Made by a program: the position numbers and the translations under genes. A stretch of DNA of 64,000 bases, taken from NCBI GenBank assembly GCA_010909165.1, contig MU008166.1, positions 1,674,001 to 1,738,000 on the forward strand, in the 5' to 3' direction. Of this stretch, positions 1-12,253 are shown piece after piece. Every line of letters begins with the position of its first letter. The first letter of the stretch is position 1. A model generated the notes under the pieces. The model was not told the DNA's origin and ran no database searches. It worked only from the letters and a program-made list of their open reading frames with translations. The DNA comes from Anthoceros angustus. Taxonomy: Eukaryota; Plantae; Anthocerotophyta.

Positions 1-99
1 TGGGCAGGTCTTTGTTCTAGGCACCAGCCCCACCTATACGGCACATGAGGTTCTCTCCAGGCCTGAGAGGGAGAGTCTGTCTCACCCCGACAGCTCTCT

Positions 100-1906
100 T
101 AGCTCCCATGTGTCCTCTCCCTTGGCAAATCTTTGGCATCTTAGGCTGGGTCACAAAGGGACACAACGGATGAAGGCTTTGGCTCAACACGGCTATGTCT
201 TGGGCCTCCCTATTAAATCCGTTGCTAACCTCTCTTTTTGCCGCAGCTGTGCCTTCGGCAAACAGTAGCGTAAGGCCTTCCCTGTCGGCTCCCATAGGAG
301 TCCTCATCCCCTTGGTCTTGTCCATACTGACAATATGCAGACACCTTCTCTTCAGGGGTCCCTGTATCAAGTCAGCTTTATCGACGACTATACCCACTTC
401 GGTTGGGTATATTTTCTCGCAGCCAAGTCCGATACCTTCTCCACCTTTGTCACTTGGCAATCTGAGGTGGAGAATCAACTTGGCAGCAAGCTCAAGATCC
501 TTCAGAGCGACGGCGGGGGGGGAGTTCGACTCCACTTGCGTTCCGCGACCATTGCCGACAACACGGTATTATCTGCCAAACCATAGTGCCTTACACTCCC
601 GAGCAGAACGAGGTTGCCGAGCGCCGTCACCGAACTCAGGTGGAGATGGGCCGATCTATGCTGCACCATGCTTCCTTCTCTAACCGCTTTTGGGCTGAAC
701 TTTGAATACAGCCAATTACCTTATCAATCGCCTCCCCACAAAGGCGGTCGATGGTACAACTCCTTACGAAGCATGGACCGGCCGCAAGCCCGACCTTGGC
801 TATCTCCGCATCTTTGGTTGCCAGGCATTCGTCCATGTTCCCAAGGCCATGCGGCGGAAGTTAGATTCAAAGTCTAAAGAAGGTATCCTCCTCGGCTACG
901 GCGAAACCGTCAAGGCCTACCGGATATACTTGAAGGACTCTCGGCGCCTTATCTTCGTCCGTCACTTTATCTTCAACGAGGAATCCCTTCTTCTCTCCCT
1001 CGATGCTGGGGGAGACATTGACGTACCTCTGCTTTTCCCCTCCCCTCTTGTCCCTACCTTGGATGTTTCTATTGACGTTGGTGCAGGGGGGAAGGATGAA
1101 TGGGAGCCCGCACCACCGCCAGCCACACACGCTCCCCGCGCTCCTCAAGCTGCTATCCGTCCACCGGTGTTTGCGCTCGTGCCCTTTGCACCAGCGTTGG
1201 CTCCTCCCGCCTCTCTTGCTTCTCCTGCAACTCCATCCACTCTTGAGCTCCTTTCACTCCCCTGCCATCTAGCAGTGGAGACTCAGACCTTGACCTTGGT
1301 GCCTTCTCCCTCGTCCCCGCAGAAGAGGTATCTCACCCCCCTAACATACCTCCTCCTGTAGATGGACCTCTTGCCCTTCGGCGTTCGACGAGGGAGCGGA
1401 CACTTAGTAGGAAAGTGCTTGAGAACCTTGAGCAAACTCAAGGAACCTCCAACACGCAGGCCACCAATATGGCCACATTTACTCTCGTTCAAGTCTTGCT
1501 TTCCACTTCGGAAGTCTCGGAGCCTACCACACTTACCGCCGCCCTCTCCGGGCCACAAGCAACAGAGTGGAAGACAGCCGTTGATGATGAGTTCCAGTCA
1601 CTAAGGGCCAACAATGCATGGCGCCTTTTCGATCTACCACCTGGCAGGTCTGTGGTCGGCAGCAAGTGGACATTCAAGATTAAGTACACCGCCGATGGCG
1701 CCATAGACCGCTATAAGGCAAGGCTCGTGGCACAAGGTTACACTCAACGGGCAGGAGACGACTACGATGCAGATAATCTCTTCTCCCCGGTCGTCCACAC
1801 TACCTCATTGCATGTTATTCTTGCCTGTGCTACCTATCATGATTGGGAGGTGGTACAGGTTGATGTCAAAACGGCATTTCTTTACGGCAAGCTGCATGAG
1901 GAGATC
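100..1906 (+). mobile_element. Ty1/copia LTR retrotransposon pol remnant (GAG-pre-integrase, integrase, 5' part of RT), frameshifted
   Basis: LWHLRLGH at ~131; integrase SFIDDYTHFGWVYFL..LQSDGGG (335-586); TANYLINRLPT..TPYEAWTGRKPDLGYLRIFGC (702-); RT KWTFKIK..RYKARLVAQGY..QVDVKTAFLYGKL (1415-1906), after which homology stops abruptly. Confidence 0.95.
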
Positions 1907-2572
1907 GGGTTCACCGTACGCTTCTGTGAATCATGGATTCTTGCCACCTTGCACTTCATTCTCACCAGGGGCAGCACTACCTCTTGTGGCAGCATCTTTT
2001 CTGGACCGAGCAACTGCACATCGCCGAAATAAGATGTGTCCTAGGAAGAGGTTTTGCATGGAAGGGAAGTTGAGTGCTCCGGGTAGGCAGATGCGTTGTG
2101 ATACTGGTGGGGACAAATCTGGATGTGGTGTGTAAGTCATGAGTTGGAAAGTCTGTGATTCTGGTGATTTAGACTACCTATTGTAGTGATACTGGAGACT
2201 GCTTGATTTTCGGCGTGTCCAAATTTAAGAATGCTACATGGTACCTTATCTGCCGATGTACACTGTATGTGTTAGAATAAGTAGGATTTAGGGTTTGGTG
2301 ATAATTATGCTTACTGTCACATGTAGACTTGTGGTGTACATGCAAGAGGACTCGTCAAAGGGGATGCCATGCCCCCCAGCACGGCGCTGGCTTTGTACAC
2401 TTGGATCTGCTTGAATCTGCCGCTCATTTCCAACTGGAACTTGTGCCATCGATGACACTCGAAGGAGAAGACTAGCGTGTCATGATTAGGAAGCCCGTTC
2501 GATAATTATTAAACCTGAAGGACGAGTGCCAGTGGAGGATGTTGGAGGGAGCGATGGCAGCCATACGAGTAA

Positions 2573-2653
2573 AAGAGTATTATTGTTGATGCTAAAATAT
2601 GAGTGATCAATTAGAAGAGTAATATTGTTGGTGCCAAAATATGAGTGATCAAT
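2573..2653. repeat. 42-bp tandem duplication (2 diverged copies)
   Basis: aagagtattattgttgatgctaaaatatgagtgatcaat recurs at 2615 with a few substitutions. Confidence 0.85.
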
Positions 2654-2749
2654 CCTAGGATATGGGTGCATGTGGATAAAAAGATTAAAGTGGAAGTTTG
2701 GAAGAGCTGGGGAGGTCGTGGCGGCGGGGCTGGCGGTGAGCAAGGTTTC

Positions 2750-2900
2750 AGATTTAGGGTTTCATAAAGTTTAGGGTTTTGCGGTAGCTGATCTTCCAGG
2801 TGCAGGGTTTCACAGGTTTAGGGTTTTGCGACGGCTGGTCTTCCAGGTTTAGCTAAGGTTTCACAGGTTCGGGGTCTGCGGCAGTGGCTTTAGGGTTTTC
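2750..2900 (+). repeat. Cluster of degenerate telomere-like TTTAGGG motifs
   Basis: Four tttagggtt motifs within ~150 bp, in a degenerate repeated unit. Confidence 0.6.
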
Positions 2901-3147
2901 AGGCATGGGGTGGAGTTTTGTAGTGGCGGGGCCCGACTTTTCGGTTCTAACGGGCTTTGGCGGGGCCGTCATATTCCGGCCAGCTGCAGGCTTTTAGAGT
3001 CTCTGTTCAGGATTTTGGGAGCGGGAGTCTGCACGGAGGGTTGTCATATGTTTTGGCCGGTTGCGAGCCCTTGGAGCGGGGGCCTTCGGCCAGCCCAGTG
3101 GGGCTCGCCATACGGAGCATATACTTCGCATGTCTGGTAAATGACGG

Positions 3148-3217
3148 GGACGCTTTGTCCTTGGCACCCGATGCCCCCTCGAGGACGCTTTGTCCTTGGC
3201 ACCCGATGCCCCCTCGA
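3148..3217. repeat. Perfect 35-bp tandem duplication
   Basis: ggacgctttgtccttggcacccgatgccccctcga x2. Confidence 0.95.
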
Positions 3218-3229
3218 TCCTGGGCATAG

Positions 3230-3427
3230 GATAGAATGATAGATCGTTGAGATAGCAAAGAGGTACAAAATACCCGAAGAAGTTGTAACCGTATTCTAAC
3301 TTAAAATAAACTAAAAATGTAATTGACCTAAAATAGTTTCAAAATAACACTTCGCTAATTAAATAATTATGATTATGTATTTAGGGCTAGATGATAATAA
3401 ACCTATTATCTTAACACCCCCACTTAG
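3230..3427 (-). mobile_element. Probable 3' LTR plus polypurine tract of a minus-strand LTR retroelement
   Basis: Minus strand reads ctaagtggggg-TGTTAAG (PPT then TG LTR start) followed by AT-rich LTR-like sequence; far boundary approximate. Confidence 0.5.
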
Positions 3428-3777
3428 ACCAAAAACGTAAACATATTTGGATAAGGTAGGCAAGAGCTTGTGAGGTGCAGAACGCGAGGAAATCCGCTAT
3501 TGCTGATCTTCAGTGCGCCACACACTCCACTCGCTGGATGGCAGGTGCATACCTGACAATAGCAGCTCATGCCCTGGAATTGGTCTTCGCCATCCTCCTA
3601 GCTGCGTGGATGCTGATCTTGAAGTCGCAAGCCGTGCGACACGGCCGTGAAGTAAGGATTGCAGCCCATGCACCAGGGCGACAGCAAAAGAAGAGAAGTG
3701 TGAAGCGCTCGTCCAAACCTGCTGCAGAAAGGGAAGACAGAAGCCTGCTAGCCATGACAGCCCCGCATCCATCATAA

Positions 3778-5091
3778 ATGAGGAGCTCCCCAACATCTAT
3801 GAGAATTCTTCTATGTTATGCAATTCAAAACAAACTTATAGTCCACCACTTGGACATTAAGACAACATTTCTAAATGGGTCCCTAGATGAGACTATCTAT
3901 ATGCATCAACCAGAAGGGTATATACTTGATCCTACCTTGGTTTGTGAATTGTTGAAGTCGTTGTATGGACTGAAGCAGTCCGCAAGAAAATGGAATGGCT
4001 GAGCAAATAAGAAGCTTCGTGCTTTGGACTTTGAGCCCCTAACAACTGACTGTAGTGTGTATATTCTGCGGAAGAACAATCAGCTGTGTATTATTGCTCT
4101 ATACATGGATGTCAATTTCATATTTGCAAGTGACGAAGACATCCTTTCACGTACCAAGCAGCTCCTCTCGGAAGAGTGGGATATGACCGACGTTGAGCCT
4201 CTCCATTTTGCACTTGGAATTTATTTCCACTTCAACCCTACAGCATGCTCTGTTATACTACACCAAGAGCATTTCATAAGGTAGATATTATCCAAGTTCA
4301 ACTAGCAGGATATCAACCCTGTTGCCACCCCCGTAGCAGTTGGTGAGAAATTATCTTTGCAAGATTGCCCTACAACCGAAGCTGATAAGTGAAATGACTA
4401 CCATTCCTTATCGTGAAGTGGTGGGTAGTTTACTTTACTATGCTGGTTGGACTCGCCCGGACATTTCTCAGGCTACCGGCATTGTCTCCAGTACCTCTCA
4501 AGTCCTGGAAAACGACATTGGATCACAGTCAAAAAAATTCTGCGATATATTAAGGGAACCAGATTATACCTACATCTCAAGTACACCAAAGCAAGTAATT
4601 TTACTCTCACCTGCTTCTCTGACACTGACTGGGCCGGGAATGTTGATGGCAAAAAGTCGATAGCCGCCTACTGCACTCTATTATGTGGATCAGCCATAAG
4701 CTGGCAGAGTAAAAAGCTATCTACAATCAGCCTGTCCTCCATCGAGGCCGAGTACAGTACCTTGTCCTTAGTTGCAAGAGTAATCTGCTGGATCAGACAA
4801 TTTCTCTCCGAGATCGGCCTGAAGCAAGCAACCCCAACACTTCTACAATGCGACAACCAATTGCCTATCGCTTTATCTGCCAACCCTATCCTGCATGTGC
4901 GCTCAAAACACTTTGAAATCCAATTCCACTATATCACGCAGGCAGTGGAACATAAAATTATCCAGCTTGCCTTTGTGCCTACAGCGCAAAACGTTGTAGA
5001 CCTGCTAACGAAAGGTCTATCTAAGCTTCTTCATGAACAACACACGTTTGCACTTGGGCTACAGGAGATAACACTCATGTGCACAGGCTGA
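3778..5091 (+). mobile_element. Ty1/copia RT-RNaseH remnant with stops and frameshifts
   Basis: HLDIKTTFLNGSLDETIYMHQPEG, LLKSLYGLKQSAR, PYREVVGSLLY..TRPDI, FSDTDWAG, WQSKK, SIEAEY, CDNQ, RSKHFEIQFH, DLLTKGL. Confidence 0.95.
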
Positions 5092-6071
5092 GTGATACAG
5101 CAACCACTTCTTCATAGGCACGAGGCCTACCCCTATATCTGTATGCACAGTATGTGTTCATAGCCGTGCCTTGCATGAAGCTAAGCGCATGCATCAAATC
5201 AGGACGAGCGGCGCGCCTCTCACAACACTCTGGGCTCGACGTTTTCCTCTTCATCACTCTCTTTCGAAAGCGGCATCAATCTGGCATGTTTGAAGGCGAG
5301 CAAGAGCTACACTGGGGTTTCTTCGAATTTCGGATTGCAGGGCCCAGTGCTCCATGTCTCATACTGAATTGCTCGCGGATCGTTTTCATTCCAGCCGTGA
5401 GAGGGGCATCTAGTGCTCGGGCACCGACAATGGTTGTCGAGGCGATACCGGGTAATTCCTTGAGGATTGGAGGCCTGGGCGCCTAGCGTGTGGCGTTGCT
5501 GAGCAGAATTATGAGACAAGAATGCGAGAACGTCGGGTGGTAAGCTCCGCATCCATCTGGGCACATAAGACAATAAGAAATTCACCAAATTCCTAGTGTC
5601 GGTTCGGTGGCGCTGACGTCCATGGTGTGTAGCATGTGTCCTCTGCCCGCGGGCTCTAGTTTGTGAGGATGATCGTCTTGCCATGGGGAAAGGCAGGAGG
5701 CTAGAGGGCAAGGGAAGGAAGAGGCAAAATGCCTCTCTCCCATCCTAAGAGCCATGAAAGGGAGGTGGGGCTAGCAACCCATCGAATCTAAGATTTGAAG
5801 GGGGTTGAACTAATTAAGGAGGTAAATCCACCATAAATCTAAAGATTAATCACGATCCTTAGTTGCTAGACCTAATTGCTAAAGCAACTAATATCTATGC
5901 CTAGACTTGTGTGAGTAGCAGAAACGCAACGATGCTACGTTCGGGACGACGTCATAGCATCCAAAGGTATGAGTGTGGTCGATTCATAGTCTAACGTATA
6001 GTTCATGCTTAGTCCATCTTCTGCCGAGATAGATGAACGCATTAGATCTGGCCATCACGATTAAGCATTCT

Positions 6072-6240
6072 GCTCTAATACCATATAGGAATAGAGGGTG
6101 TGATGCTAAACATGAGAAGGGAAAATAAGAGATTGATTAGATTGCACTCAGTTACAGCTCCTTTTATAGTCACCCGAAAGGGTATCTCTACCACGTCAGC
6201 TGGGCTCGTTGTGCAGATGAAACAACGCATTCTAGTAGCA
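6072..6240 (-). mobile_element. tRNA-iMet primer-binding site and adjacent 5' LTR of a minus-strand LTR element
   Basis: gctctaatacca (reverse complement TGGTATTAGAGC, one mismatch to the iMet PBS) followed by ~157 bp ending in ..tagtagCA, with a TATA-like ttttata. Confidence 0.55.
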
Positions 6241-7155
6241 GATGCCTGGCTGCCGTGACTTTCACCGTAAGCTTCGGACGAGGAAAGGCCAAATCACTAC
6301 CGCCCTGTACAAACTCGGGAAAGCATCTCCTGCCGGGACCACATTGAGGGACTTACCAGCGGACCATCTTGCCAACATTCGCTGCTACTGCCATGCCCCG
6401 TCCCCCGCCAGCCTGGATCCTTAATCCTTACTGCCATCCGCCCACAAACAAACGAACTCCGTCAGAAAGACGAAGAGAATCCACGCATCATAGGAAGCCC
6501 AGCTATCTTCATTCTGCGCTTCCTTCCATGCAGAGCCAATGACTGCCTACTCACCCAAGGCAGTTGCAGACACGTCTCCAGCGCATCCCAGTGACAGGCC
6601 TCCATTTTGCTTGGACCCAGTCGGACCCAGAAGACGAGCCGAAGCAGCTCTTCATCATCCTCTCCTTCTTCGCCTGTGTCACCAATGTCTGTATGTGCGT
6701 AAATCCTCTGGGCTCTCCATATTTCCTTAGAGCCACGGAAATACCACGCTTATCAAACAGGAATTCGTGCTCTGGCCCGCAGCACAGCAGAGTGATCTCC
6801 GTCGCCTCTCAGCGAAGCACAACTAAACTGCCCCGGTATACTATTCTTGTGGGCAAGCTTGCCATCTTCATGCTCTTTTCAGAATGTGATGGATTGGGTT
6901 GATGCTCGGAGAAGCATCTGCTGGACTCTTTGAAGGTCTCCTTCCGGTCTAATTCTCACCACAATAGTAGGAGTGCACGGCGGAGCTTACCTCTGTCTCA
7001 GGTCCGTCGAATAATGCTCAAGGAAAACTGGATAAGTAGTGCCGCAATTTCAAGGCGCTTCCGTGACTGCATTCAGCCTTCACTCGCTTGCTTGCCCAGG
7101 CAAGATGCTTGCGTCATCCTCCTGAAGCTTGGCCTAGGCAAGGATACGTGCCTGG

Positions 7156-10100
7156 CTACCAAATCTGGAGCTTTCCCAGCAAAGTCGTTACAAGGCCGTT
7201 GTAATCCACCTCGTCGTGTTCGACCTTTACCTCCTCCTCCTGCTTACTCTGCATGTCTTTGAGTTTCACAATCCCACGTTGCAGTTCCGCATCACCCACC
7301 GACACAACCCAGGGGATTCCGTCAGTGTCTGTACGCTTGAATTCGCCAACAATCTTCGCGGGTGCGGTAGCCACGAATTCCGCCGCTATAGAGGCGTCCC
7401 ACAACTTCTCAGCGATCTTGATGGCTACATCCACCTTGTCCCTCCCGATGGCGATGACAAGCACTTGAGTCTGTTTTTCACGCACCACCTGCAGCAAGCG
7501 ACTGTCCTGGTTAGTGTGCCCAAAAAGGTAAAATGACAAACGAGAGGAAGCCCAGGGTCCATTCCTCCACCTACCTTTCTCTTGTCTTCTTCCATAATGG
7601 CAAACACTCGCTCAATTCCCAAGCTCATTCCTACAGCAGGTACATCCTTGGCCTGTTGGCCTTGTACATTCTTCTTCTTGTTGGGGCTTGGCCTGTTGGT
7701 GCAAAAACATGGCGAGCCACTGGTTCTGTTGGCGGAGTTGCGGCAAGAGGGCAGTGTCTGCCCTGGACGAGCTGGGTTTGCTCTTCAAGTACTTGTCTGG
7801 GAAATGTCTACATCGATTTCTGTTCGACCTGAGCCTCGCCCGAGGCTTGGACTACTACACAGGCGTGATTCTTGTTCCACATCAGAAGCTCTTCGCCTTC
7901 TTGACTCGACTCCTTGTTGGGCCTTTGCAGGTAGGCTCAATTGCGGCTGGAAGCAGGTATCGCAAACTCGTAGGCATGTACCCTTCTCCTCTACCATTTC
8001 TCTCCGAACTTGCTCCCTGGGCAGCTTGTCGAGCTTGTCGATGGCTGAGCATATAGGCCTGAATTGTGATACCGGAACTCCACTAACCTCCAGCAATCGT
8101 TTGGTTTAGCTTTATCTGAGACCAACATCAGCATCAGTCTCGTCTCCTCTCCTCTCACGGCTTCCTTCAGCACAGACTACAGAGAACATGTGTATGAAAA
8201 GCTTACTACATAGTCGCCGATATCCAGCCCATCCAGGAGCTCAGTCAAAATTTTCAGAACTTCATAGTCTGGGACCATAAACTGATACTGGTCGGCTATG
8301 TCGAAGTCGCACTGATAGAACTCCCGAAAGCGTCCTTTCGATGGATTATCTTGTCTATACACCTTAGTTAGCTATCTGGTACCGTTTCATACTGCTTAAG
8401 CCATTTGTTGCCAAATGCCGAGCAAACGGCACAGTCAAATCATACCTCAAAGACAGCTTCTCTCCACCCTGCCACTCTCAAATAAATCAAACCACCCTGT
8501 CAGAAAATATCTCCAAGCAACTACAACAGTAACAAACAATGCCGGTACAAGACACACATACACTTAACTCACCTGATCCGCAAGGTCATAAACCAACTTC
8601 GAGTCTTCGCCATACTTGCCCATCAGAGTCTCACGAAGTTCAAAAAACTGGTGTGTCTATTGCTCCAGCACCATGCCGCTTAGTTACTGATGTTATAATA
8701 CTAAAGGCGTTCTCTCTAACAGCCATTTGCTTCGGACCAAAATCCCTGGCGCCCTGCCACAGTTACAACCATCAATTTCAAGCAACTGACATGGTGTATC
8801 GATCAAGCAATCGTCCAAGACGTAAGATGAGAAGGCCAGGACAGCCCAAACAGCACATACCTTGGAGACCCCACGAGATTCATTGCTCTCCACAAGTGCC
8901 TTGACATCAGCAAGAAGAGCTTGCAGCTCCCTATCTTCGGGCCTAAAGAAGTCCTCGAGACAGCCAGCCCACTCCGCCAGCCGTCTGTCTGCATTTTGCT
9001 GTAGCTGCGATCGCTCTGAAATAATCCTAGTAAGAACCTGTTGCATAAACGCCATTCCCTTTCCTGTGAGAGGCCCCCGATTACCTCTCTTCTTCATTTC
9101 CCGCCAATCACCTGCCCACTTAAGCTACTCCAATTGCTCTCCACGCTCTTCTCTGCACTCTCCTTATCGCCAAGCTCCGAAGCCAGCACAGCCAACGCAA
9201 CTGCTGCCTCACGTGCCTTGCTCCCGCCTCGCTTGAATGCTCCAGAGCCTCAGAAAAGCTCACATCCCCTATCTTCAGCCAGTCCCGCCGCCCGACATCA
9301 CGCCTTCGTCTACTGTCTGCAAGCAGCGTCCCAAGATCCTCCTCTAACAATCGAACACTCCTGTTCAACGACCGCCTAGTCGCAGCGCTGGAGTCCCCGA
9401 TGTTGATCTCAAAAGCCACCAGCTCGGTAGCCGCCTTGAGCGAGCCCCGGAACCAGCTATGCACCACCGGGATGGAGGAGATGAAGTCCCCGGACGTCGC
9501 TCCTTTCCTCGGATTCAGAAGAGTAGATCCTGCAACCAGCATTCTCAGCGCACTGGCGACATCCGCTGCCTGCCTACGAGCCGGACCCTCGAGAAACAGC
9601 TTGGCATCGAATTTGCTGATGTCCGCCTTCAACGCCTCGCAAGACATGGCGGCAACTGCATCCGCCAGAACCGGCAAATGCGAGACGCCATGCACCTGCA
9701 ATGCAGCTCTTCCCACCGCTACAGCATCCGATTTCTGGATGTCTTCTAACTCCTCCATGGTGACCGCTTTCCGCCTGTACAGAGCATGCACAATGGACAG
9801 CACATCCGGCTCCCCGTCCGGCCCCTCGGTGAACTGGATCTCGATGTCCTCGTTCAGCAATTCCACGAGAAACAGAGGCACCACAGCTCTAACCTTCCTC
9901 CCTGCATTGCCGCTGCGCAGCAGCTTGTTCCGCAGCACAACCTGGGTGGCTCGCACCTACTCCCTGTCAAAAGAAATCTTCCGGTCAGCAGCCCGGATGG
10001 CATCCTCAGGCAGCAGCAGCCCAGCACCTCCCTTGGATCCAGGCTTGACGGTCATGAAACTGTCCTGATCTGCAGACCCCAGCTCCACCTTTGTCCTGCA

Positions 10101-10166
10101 GACTGCCACCTTGTAGACTCCGGCGATAGACAAGTCTGCCTCCTTCGTGACAACCACGCTCGCCAT
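7156..10166 (-). pseudogene. HisRS: Cytosolic histidine-tRNA ligase pseudogene (plant type with HAL/PAL-like N-terminal extension); in-frame stops, frameshifts, internal inversion
   Basis: [81 protein letters not shown] (on + strand), VPAVGMSLGIERVF, anticodon-binding domain GIPWVVSVGDAE..VKLKDM; TAG stop near 9957. Confidence 0.9.
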
Positions 10167-10592
10167 CCTACTGGGTCGAAAAAGTCGAGAGATGCTTGGG
10201 CAACATATAAAATGTGTTTCCTACACCACCCTCGCCATCGCTCCTGGGTCGGAAAGGAAACACCTAGATAGTCGAAATTTTGACGGGGGCCGGCGAGAGT
10301 TGAATTAAGACCATCTGGAGGCACATCTGTTTTTTCATGCCCTGGCTGCGTGGTGTCTCTTTTGCTTGTTTCTTTTTCCATTTGGGAACTGGATGGTGTT
10401 AAATGTTAAAGCTGTTAAGAATCTGCACACTTGGCAAGCCGTCTCGCTTGAATATGTGGAGGCGTGTCGATACCCAAACTGCCAGGCAGAGGCAGTCGTG
10501 AGATGTCATGTAATTCGTGTTGTGGGAGCAAGTTAGCCAAGTAGATAGAATCCAGACTAGTCTCAGCTGGGAACAAGTCTCAGAGAGCAGCA

Positions 10593-11885
10593 ATGGCTTT
10601 TCGAGGGGGTCGGGGCGGAGGCAGAGGCAGGGGCCGGTTTGGTGCCCGAGCTATTGGTCTTCCCGTGGCCAGAGATGAATCCGGGAGCATCATGGTTGCA
10701 GAGAAATTGGAGGGACCGCCTCCAGTCTTTCCAGTGAGTTGGATGATTTGGGGTTCAGGTTTCAGGTACAGTTGCTTCGACGATGGTGTTTTCGTGTTTG
10801 TGTTGAGAGTTAGGGTTTTGGTGGTGTGTGTAGCCGCAGAAATTGCCGGAGCTTCCTGACTCCAGGAAAGTGAGTGAGAGGGAGACGTACATCATAGTGA
10901 AAAAGAGGGCTTTGGAGGCTGCGTGGAATGCATCTCCTTACTACATTGAGGAGCCGAAGGACAAGGTGGTGGCTGATATTCAGCGCTACTCTGATCGATA
11001 CAAGCCTGAGCTTAAACAGAAACGGGCACCTTTGAGTACCTTCTTGAAACTGGTTCCCGCCTTCTTCCCGACCGAGCTTTTAGGACAAGGTTTGTGGCTG
11101 TGTTTGGCACTTAGCTTTTGTGGTTGTTGAGGTTTATTCATTGGCTACTGTGTCTGTCTGCTGTATGATTCACTAACTGATTGGCTTGCAGATCGTAGAC
11201 GAACGCAAAGCACGAAGGCAGCAGCGACTTCTCAGTGGCTGTTGGACTCTGGGCTGGAAACTGGCAAGAATGGTGAGATGATAACTGTGCAGAGGCAGCT
11301 TCGGCATTTGACCTGAGGGGACCTTGGGAAGTTCTTATTGTGCTTGTTTTGGTGAATGTAGATCGATTTGATCAGCTTCTATCACTGGAGGAGAAAGCCA
11401 AAACGCAAGATGATGTGAGTTGCCTTGCTCAACTTGCTTGCAGCATTGTTGACAAATTTCTTCTGTGTGCATGGACAGTGCGGAACATGTGGGCAGGTGC
11501 TGATTGTTTGGGGGATACAGGAGGCAAGGAACCTGGAGAAGCAGAAGAAGGAAGGAGAAGAAGAAGGTGAAGGGATGAAGAAGAAGTTGTGGATGAGGAA
11601 GACGATTTTGAAGATGATGACTATGCACAGGTAGATCTTCATCTTTGACATCGTTTGGACTTGTAAAACGATCGGCAATGCATACAAGATGCTGATGCAG
11701 CTTTTCCGGCTGTTGCAGATGCATGGGTTTGATGATGATGAAGACTATAATGTGGACATCGATGAGGCGGAGATGATGGTTAGCGTCCATTTCTCTCTCT
11801 GTTCTTTTCTCAAGTTAGATCTAATGTAACGGAGCAACTGAACTTGATATTTCCTGCTTTTATGGCAGATGGAGCGGTATACTAG
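10593..11885 (+). CDS. RPC31: RNA polymerase III subunit RPC31/RPC7, spliced (~7 exons); apparent homopolymer frameshifts in 3' exons
   Basis: MAFRGGRGGGRGRG..PPPVFP, WNASPYYI, DIQRYSDRYK, FFPTEL, LEEK, acidic tail EDDDY..FDDDEDY..AVY*; GT-AG introns. Confidence 0.85.
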
Positions 11886-12253
11886 GCCTCATTCTTCAAT
11901 CCTGCGGTGGACTTTTCCGAGGCCCTTACTGACCAAGTCCGCATCCCATTCGACCTGCCAATGTTTTCGGTCTCTTATGCAGGTACTGTAGGTGAATTCA
12001 TCCAATCATGACAGTCACATAACAACAAAGTACTTTCATCAAGTCTTTCTCTAAGCTCTGAGATCCCGGAATAACCAGACTTGTTTCATTCGAAATTATC
12101 TTAGAATTATTGCCTTGTGGATACCCCTGTCTTGTGGTTGAGAATTAAGAACTGTTTCTGAATGACCTAGCATCATCGAGTCTGGTTCCTCGGTTTGCAT
12201 ATCCAAGGCTTTGTGTGTTGATATTGTCTTCAAAGCTTTTGTGTCCTGATACT

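Noticed and set aside
2900-3225. A fifth CRE-like 3' end (ccttggcacccgatgcccc resembles the subfamily A UTR)
   Set aside because: The match is only ~20 bp, with no convincing protein homology and no terminal hairpin
3230-6240. Single intact LTR element bounded by the PPT at ~3417 and the PBS at ~6072
   Set aside because: The two putative LTRs do not align and the internal pol fragment is on the opposite strand; nested remnants instead
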